A DNA stretch of 32,417 nt, taken from NCBI GenBank assembly GCA_944322775.1, contig CALUQA010000055.1:1-32417 (forward strand), written 5' to 3'. The notes below the pieces were generated by a model. The model made no database searches. It had not been told where the DNA came from and saw nothing but the letters and a program-made list of their open reading frames with translations. Positions 28,046-32,417 of this stretch are shown here, one piece after another. The first letter of the stretch is position 1. Every line of letters starts with the position of its first letter. This DNA is from an uncultured Elusimicrobiales bacterium. Its GTDB lineage: Bacteria > Elusimicrobiota > Elusimicrobia > Elusimicrobiales > Elusimicrobiaceae. Both the position numbers and the translations under genes were made by a program.

Positions 28046-29685
28046 GGAAATATCTTTTATTTTGTCTGACGCTATTGGCGTTGCCGTTAGGGGCGGAGGC
28101 TCTGCCGGACAATATGTATTTCCGTGCTATGCATGATGAGATGCAGCGCACCCGCAAAGAATTGCGCATGAAAGGAGGCGCCCGCCCGTATTTTGCCGCG
28201 TATAAAGTGATTTTTTCCACCACGCAAAGTTTTACGGCTCAATTCGGCGTGCCGTATGCCGCGCCAAAACAGGCCCAAAGCGGCTTGGAGGCTATGGCTT
28301 ATGTCTATGCGGGCAATGCCAAAAACAACAGCTCCGGTTTTGTAAACAATGTGTATTACTATCGTCCGGCGACGTCGTTGTCCGTTCCCGTAAGTTATGA
28401 TGGCCTGAGGCGTATTTTGTGGCGTTTGACGGACAATGCTTATGCGGCGGCGGGTGATTCTTATGAAAAGAAAATGGCTTATAAACGCCAAAAAAATTTA
28501 ACCGATGACCAGCCGGATTTTTCCGCCGCTTCCCGCGCATTTTATGTGCGCGATATTACACCGTTTGAGCCGCTGGATGAGCAGTACGGCCAAAAACTGG
28601 TGCAGGAGCTTTCCGCCATGGGAAAAGAGACGGCGTATTTGGAAAGCTTTTCGGCTTCTTTACAGATAAGCCAGCAGGATATTTATTTTTTGGACAGCGA
28701 AAATGATTTTTATCAATATAGTCAGCCTCTCTGTTCATTAACGTTGACGGCCGCTTTGCGGACCAAGGAAGGGTATCAAGAAAATCAAACGGAATATACG
28801 CCTTTTTTATGCGGCCAAATGCCCTCTGTAGAGCAATGGCGTAGCAAAACACGGGAATTTTTAGCGCGGCTTGACAGTATGTATCAGGCTAAAAAAGCCG
28901 AGCCGTATTTGGGGCCGGTGTTGCTGGAGGCCGAGGCGGCGGGCGGATTTTTTAACCAGTTGTTTGTACGTAATGTCAACAATCCAAAGCCTCTTTTGTC
29001 GGCGCAGGATGAAACAGACGCCTCCACCGGACAATTTAAAGATAAACGCGGCTTGCGTGTTATCAGTCCTTTTTTTGACGTGTATGACCGTCCTCAGCTG
29101 AAGCAATACCAAGGAGAATCTTTGACGGCGTTTACCCCATTGGACGATGAGGGCGTGCAAGCGCAGCAATTGCAGTTGGTGCAAAGCGGAAAACTGTTAA
29201 CGCTTCCCGCAGCACGCAGTTTAATAGAAGGACAAAAGCAGAGCAATGGTCATGCGCGCATGAACCGTTGGACCTATCCTAGGGCGGCGTTGACGAATGT
29301 GTTTTTTGTGCCCCAAAAAACGTTGTCTTCTTCTCAGTTGGAACAAAAGTTATTGGAGCGCTGTCGGGAACTGGGGCTGGAATATGGATATATTTTCCCT
29401 TATTTTCCCGTCATTAACTCCGGTAAGGGGGAGCTGAACTTTGCGTGGCGTATATATGCCAAAGACGGGCGGAGAGAACCCGTGTACGGTTTGCGTTTGG
29501 AAAATATGACCACGCGCAGTTTGCGCGATATATTGGCGGCGGGTGAAAATATGAAAGTATCTGAGTTTTCAAGCAGCAGTTTCTTGCCGGTGGCGGTGGC
29601 GGCTCCGTCTATACTGGTGGATGAAATAGAAATATTGCCTACCCAACGTAAACCGGACAGAGCGCCGTTTGTGCCTTTGCCGTAA
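28042..29685 (+). CDS. TldE/PmbA-like partner subunit with signal peptide
   Basis: YLGPVLLE, LDDEGV, LVQSGKL, SNGHAR, APSILVDEIE; no HExxH; signal-like MRKYLLFCLTLLALPLGAEA; ATGA overlap with the upstream gene. Confidence 0.82.
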   Translation: MRKYLLFCLTLLALPLGAEALPDNMYFRAMHDEMQRTRKELRMKGGARPYFAAYKVIFSTTQSFTAQFGVPYAAPKQAQSGLEAMAYVYAGNAKNNSSGFVNNVYYYRPATSLSVPVSYDGLRRILWRLTDNAYAAAGDSYEKKMAYKRQKNLTDDQPDFSAASRAFYVRDITPFEPLDEQYGQKLVQELSAMGKETAYLESFSASLQISQQDIYFLDSENDFYQYSQPLCSLTLTAALRTKEGYQENQTEYTPFLCGQMPSVEQWRSKTREFLARLDSMYQAKKAEPYLGPVLLEAEAAGGFFNQLFVRNVNNPKPLLSAQDETDASTGQFKDKRGLRVISPFFDVYDRPQLKQYQGESLTAFTPLDDEGVQAQQLQLVQSGKLLTLPAARSLIEGQKQSNGHARMNRWTYPRAALTNVFFVPQKTLSSSQLEQKLLERCRELGLEYGYIFPYFPVINSGKGELNFAWRIYAKDGRREPVYGLRLENMTTRSLRDILAAGENMKVSEFSSSSFLPVAVAAPSILVDEIEILPTQRKPDRAPFVPLP

Positions 29686-29690
29686 TCTGT

Positions 29691-29729
29691 TATAAAAAAA
29701 GGCGGCCTTTAAGGCCGCCTTTTTTTATA
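29691..29729. terminator. Rho-independent terminator after the tldD/E-like pair
   Basis: TATAAAAAAAGGCGGCCTT-t-AAGGCCGCCTTTTTTTATA inverted repeat. Confidence 0.9.
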
Positions 29730-29898
29730 GGTGTAAACAAGTTGTTTGGAAAACAGAACGACTGTATGTTTGACCAGTGTGTTTGAAAGGGCTTGTATCG
29801 TTTTTTTGATAAATTTACGTATGTGCAGAATTTATCAAAGAATGTATTCGAGCGCAAAAAACCGCTCTAAAGGCATTTTAGGCAGATTTATGGATAAA

Positions 29899-30259
29899 GT
29901 CATCCTGAGAAGTTTTTACTCAGGATCTCGGCCTTTGGAGTATATAAAGTGGTTGAGATGCCGGGTAAAGACGTCTCGGCATGACGCTAATATACTGGGA
30001 TGCCGAGTAAAGACGTCTCGGCATGACGATGATATAAACGACAAGAATATAAATGACGCTAATATAAATGACAACAATACAAATAGAGTCATCCTGAGAA
30101 GTTTTTACTCAGGATCTCAGTCTTTTTGATCATATAAAGCGGTTGAGATGCCGAGTAAAGACCTCTCGGCATGACGCTAATATACTGGGATACCGAGTAA
30201 AGACGTCTCGGCATGACACCAATATACTGGGATGCCGAGTAAAGACGTCTCGGCATGAC
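29899..30259. repeat. Nested palindromic (REP-like) repeat array
   Basis: Left units GTCATCCTGAG-aagttttta-CTCAGGATCT at 29899-29928 and 30088-30117. Right units (A/G)GATGCCGAG-taaagacgt-CTCGGCATGAC at 29956, 29998, 30146, 30188, 30230 (30 bp, 42-bp period). Confidence 0.92.
30025..30084. repeat. Four degenerate 15-bp tandem units inside the array
   Basis: gacgatgatataaac / gacaagaatataaat / gacgctaatataaat / gacaacaatacaaat. Confidence 0.8.
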
Positions 30260-30431
30260 GAGGATGGCCGTACGGTGTTTTCCCGATGGAAGCTGTTATG
30301 TAGTGGCCGTTTATTTATTGAAAATCCGGTACAGCTTGATTTGTTTTTTTTTGAACCCTATACATGGCGAAAAATCAAACGCCGCTGAGACGTGTTTTTG
30401 AACAATTAAACGCTGTTATAGGAAGAAAAAA

Positions 30432-30962
30432 ATGAGAAAAGGTTTTACATTAATTGAACTGTTGGTAGTAGTGCTGATTGTCGGCATATTGGCGGCCGTA
30501 GCGCTGCCGCAATACCAAAAAGCCGTGCGTCGGGCCCGCGCAGCGGAAGCGGCCGTATGGGTCAAGCGTATTGTGGCCGCAGAACAGGAATATTATCTGG
30601 CCAACGGGCGCTATACGGGCAATATTGAAGACTTAAATTTGGATTATAAACATAAATGGCCTACAGTCCAGCTGGAGGCCAACAGAACATTCACATCGGA
30701 TCTATCGTTTCATTTATTTGATTATGGCGGATATATTTTCCGCGTGATGGTGGCGGAACCCATCCTCAAATACGGCGGAGATTTCGGCGGATACGGAGCG
30801 CAGCTGCATGCGCGGGATGCCTCTCAAAACTATCCGCTGGTTTGCGCTGAACACGCCTGCCACGGGGTGCCTGCCGGCAGTTTTTGCAAAGATGTGATGG
30901 GCGCAAAAGGCGAGCCGGTAGTCGATGGGAGTTATTGTTTCCGTTTTTACAAGCTGCCCTGA
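30432..30962 (+). CDS. Type IV pilin (PilE-like) with prepilin N-terminal methylation motif
   Basis: MRKG/FTLIELLVVVLIVGILAAVALPQYQKAV class III signal; YYLANGRY; four C-terminal Cys. Confidence 0.93.
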   Translation: MRKGFTLIELLVVVLIVGILAAVALPQYQKAVRRARAAEAAVWVKRIVAAEQEYYLANGRYTGNIEDLNLDYKHKWPTVQLEANRTFTSDLSFHLFDYGGYIFRVMVAEPILKYGGDFGGYGAQLHARDASQNYPLVCAEHACHGVPAGSFCKDVMGAKGEPVVDGSYCFRFYKLP

Positions 30963-30964
30963 AT

Positions 30965-31933
30965 TTATTTTTTGTCCGCCAGCAGTTTATTTGCGACGCG
31001 GTGGGCGAAAGAATCTTTGTCCAGCTCTTGTATTTTTTTCAATGCTTCTTCGGCCTGTTTGGTTTGGCCGATTTTTTTCAGGTTCATATACAGCATAAAC
31101 AGGGCCAGCTCATTGTCGGGGTTTTGTTTGAGCAGAAGCTTTGTTTCTTCCAAAGATTTTTGGTATTCCCCTGCTTGATAAAGCCACATGGGGCGCCATG
31201 TTTTCAAATCTTCTCTTTCGGGCGTCAATGACAGCGCGACGTCCAAGTCCACCAAAGCGTCATTCAAACGGTTTAACCCTTTATAAGCCCGCGCACTGAG
31301 CAGCCAATAATTGGCGTTTTCCGGTTCTTCCGTTTTAGCCATGGTAATGTGGATAAACGCGTCGGCATAATTGCGCTGTTTCAAAAAAGTATAGGCATAG
31401 CGGGCGCGGTTGATGGGCGCGGCCTGCGGATTTAGGCTGAAAAACAAGTCATAATATTGGCGGGCTTTGGAATAAAATCCCATTTCTATATAATTTTCGG
31501 CTTGGCCGGACAACGCTTCCAAGTTATGAGGTTCCAATGCCAGTACGCGGTCATAGAGCTCAATGGAACGGTCCGTCAAACCGGTGCGCTGATACAGCGA
31601 GGCCGCCGCCAAGAGCAGTGGTATGTCTTTTTGATGGAATTCCAAGGCTTCCAAATAGACTTCCAAGGCCTTTTCCGGCTGATTGAGCTGTTCGTAAGCA
31701 AGCCCCAGCAAGCGGTATGCGCGGGCTTCTCGGCGTTTGATGTTTTTGGTCTTGTAAATATAATTGCTTAGCTCCACTACGGCTTGGCGGTAATCACCGC
31801 GGTTATAGGTTTCGCGCGCATCCACAAATTCTTGTTTGTCCTTAAAACTGATGCCGAAAAGCCCCGCCTGCGCCGGTGCGGCTAAACAAACCGTCATGAG
31901 CACGGGGATTAAAATTTTATTTTTGCACCACAT
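30965..31933 (-). CDS. Exported tetratricopeptide-repeat protein
   Basis: Signal-like N-terminus (..CLAAPAQA); TPR helices e.g. AYRLLGLAYEQLNQPEKALEVYLEALE. Confidence 0.85.
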   Translation of the reverse strand: MWCKNKILIPVLMTVCLAAPAQAGLFGISFKDKQEFVDARETYNRGDYRQAVVELSNYIYKTKNIKRREARAYRLLGLAYEQLNQPEKALEVYLEALEFHQKDIPLLLAAASLYQRTGLTDRSIELYDRVLALEPHNLEALSGQAENYIEMGFYSKARQYYDLFFSLNPQAAPINRARYAYTFLKQRNYADAFIHITMAKTEEPENANYWLLSARAYKGLNRLNDALVDLDVALSLTPEREDLKTWRPMWLYQAGEYQKSLEETKLLLKQNPDNELALFMLYMNLKKIGQTKQAEEALKKIQELDKDSFAHRVANKLLADKK

Positions 31934-32417
31934 CGTCTATCGCTGACAGAATAAGATCTTCCTGCAGCGCCTCCAAGTTTTCATTGGCGGAACGAATGCC
32001 CACTTCTCCGGCTTCGTGCAGCTTGTCCAGCTCCAGCGTGCCGATGTCCAGCACGCGGTTCTGAATGACAAAATTGGCTTTTTGCGCCGATTCTTCTATC
32101 ATGGCCGCCCCGCGTACGTCGCCTACGCGCAGCAAGTATGCCGCCACCGTCTGCGGTGCCTGCGAATAAAAATCCGGCGGCGTAACGGAAGCGATAATAT
32201 AGTCGGCACCTTTTTGCTTGACCAGATTGACGGGCAGATAATTTACCACAGCTCCGTCCACCAAATAACGGTGCCGGTAAGGAACGGGATCAAATATGCC
32301 CGGCAAATTCATACTGGCGCGTACGGCGATATCTACCGGACCGGAGTCAAATACCACCTGTTCACCGGTTTTAACGTCCATGGCCGCCGTGGCAAAAGGG
32401 ATAGCCATGTCTTCAAA
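31917..32417 (-). CDS. Patatin-like phospholipase, C-terminal part (runs off the window end)
   Basis: IPFATAAMDVKTGEQVVFDSG, AVRASMNLPGIFDPV, LVDGAVVNYLPV; frame stays open to the window edge. Confidence 0.88.
   Translation of the reverse strand, partial: FEDMAIPFATAAMDVKTGEQVVFDSGPVDIAVRASMNLPGIFDPVPYRHRYLVDGAVVNYLPVNLVKQKGADYIIASVTPPDFYSQAPQTVAAYLLRVGDVRGAAMIEESAQKANFVIQNRVLDIGTLELDKLHEAGEVGIRSANENLEALQEDLILSAIDDVVQK

Noticed and set aside
29899-30259. CRISPR array
   Set aside because: Linkers between R units are only 12 bp and nearly identical, two different unit types alternate, and no cas genes are present.
29746-30388. ORFs 29746-30129 and 30143-30388 with repeated RVKTSRHD peptides
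   Set aside because: They are translations of the DNA repeat array, with no convincing RBS or protein features.
31348-31356. Perfect DnaA box TGTGGATAA
   Set aside because: Single copy inside a CDS; compatible with chance.

Overview
A 32.4-kb chromosomal window from a diderm bacterium. The gene set and PilE-type pilin style suggest Elusimicrobiota (Elusimicrobium/Avelusimicrobium-like); this is inference only. It is mostly housekeeping genes on the minus strand: a tightly coupled tpiA-deoC-(DnaA-like ATPase)-2 lipoproteins-comM-dprA-topA string, a POT peptide transporter, a short RelA/SpoT, an envelope cluster (bamA-skp-lpxD-lpxC-fabZ-lpxA-lpxI ... GnnA-like-lpxB) interrupted by a plus-strand ndk block, rpmB, TerC and tRNA-Thr(UGU). 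On the plus strand are a signal-peptide-bearing TldD/TldE-like pair and a type IV pilin preceded by a nested palindromic repeat array. The window ends with minus-strand TPR and patatin genes. Most unusual items: (1) a 1125-aa DnaA-domain-III paralogue with no domain IV, a ~600-aa acidic linker and a possible internal start; (2) a 182-bp tRNA-linked repeat that can fold into a tRNA-like structure; (3) a REP/dRS3-like hairpin array upstream of the pilin; (4) an apparent ATT start for bamA; (5) two adjacent apparent pseudoenzymes next to ndk. No CRISPR-Cas, integrase or transposase is visible. All calls come from reading motifs by eye; no database searches were run.
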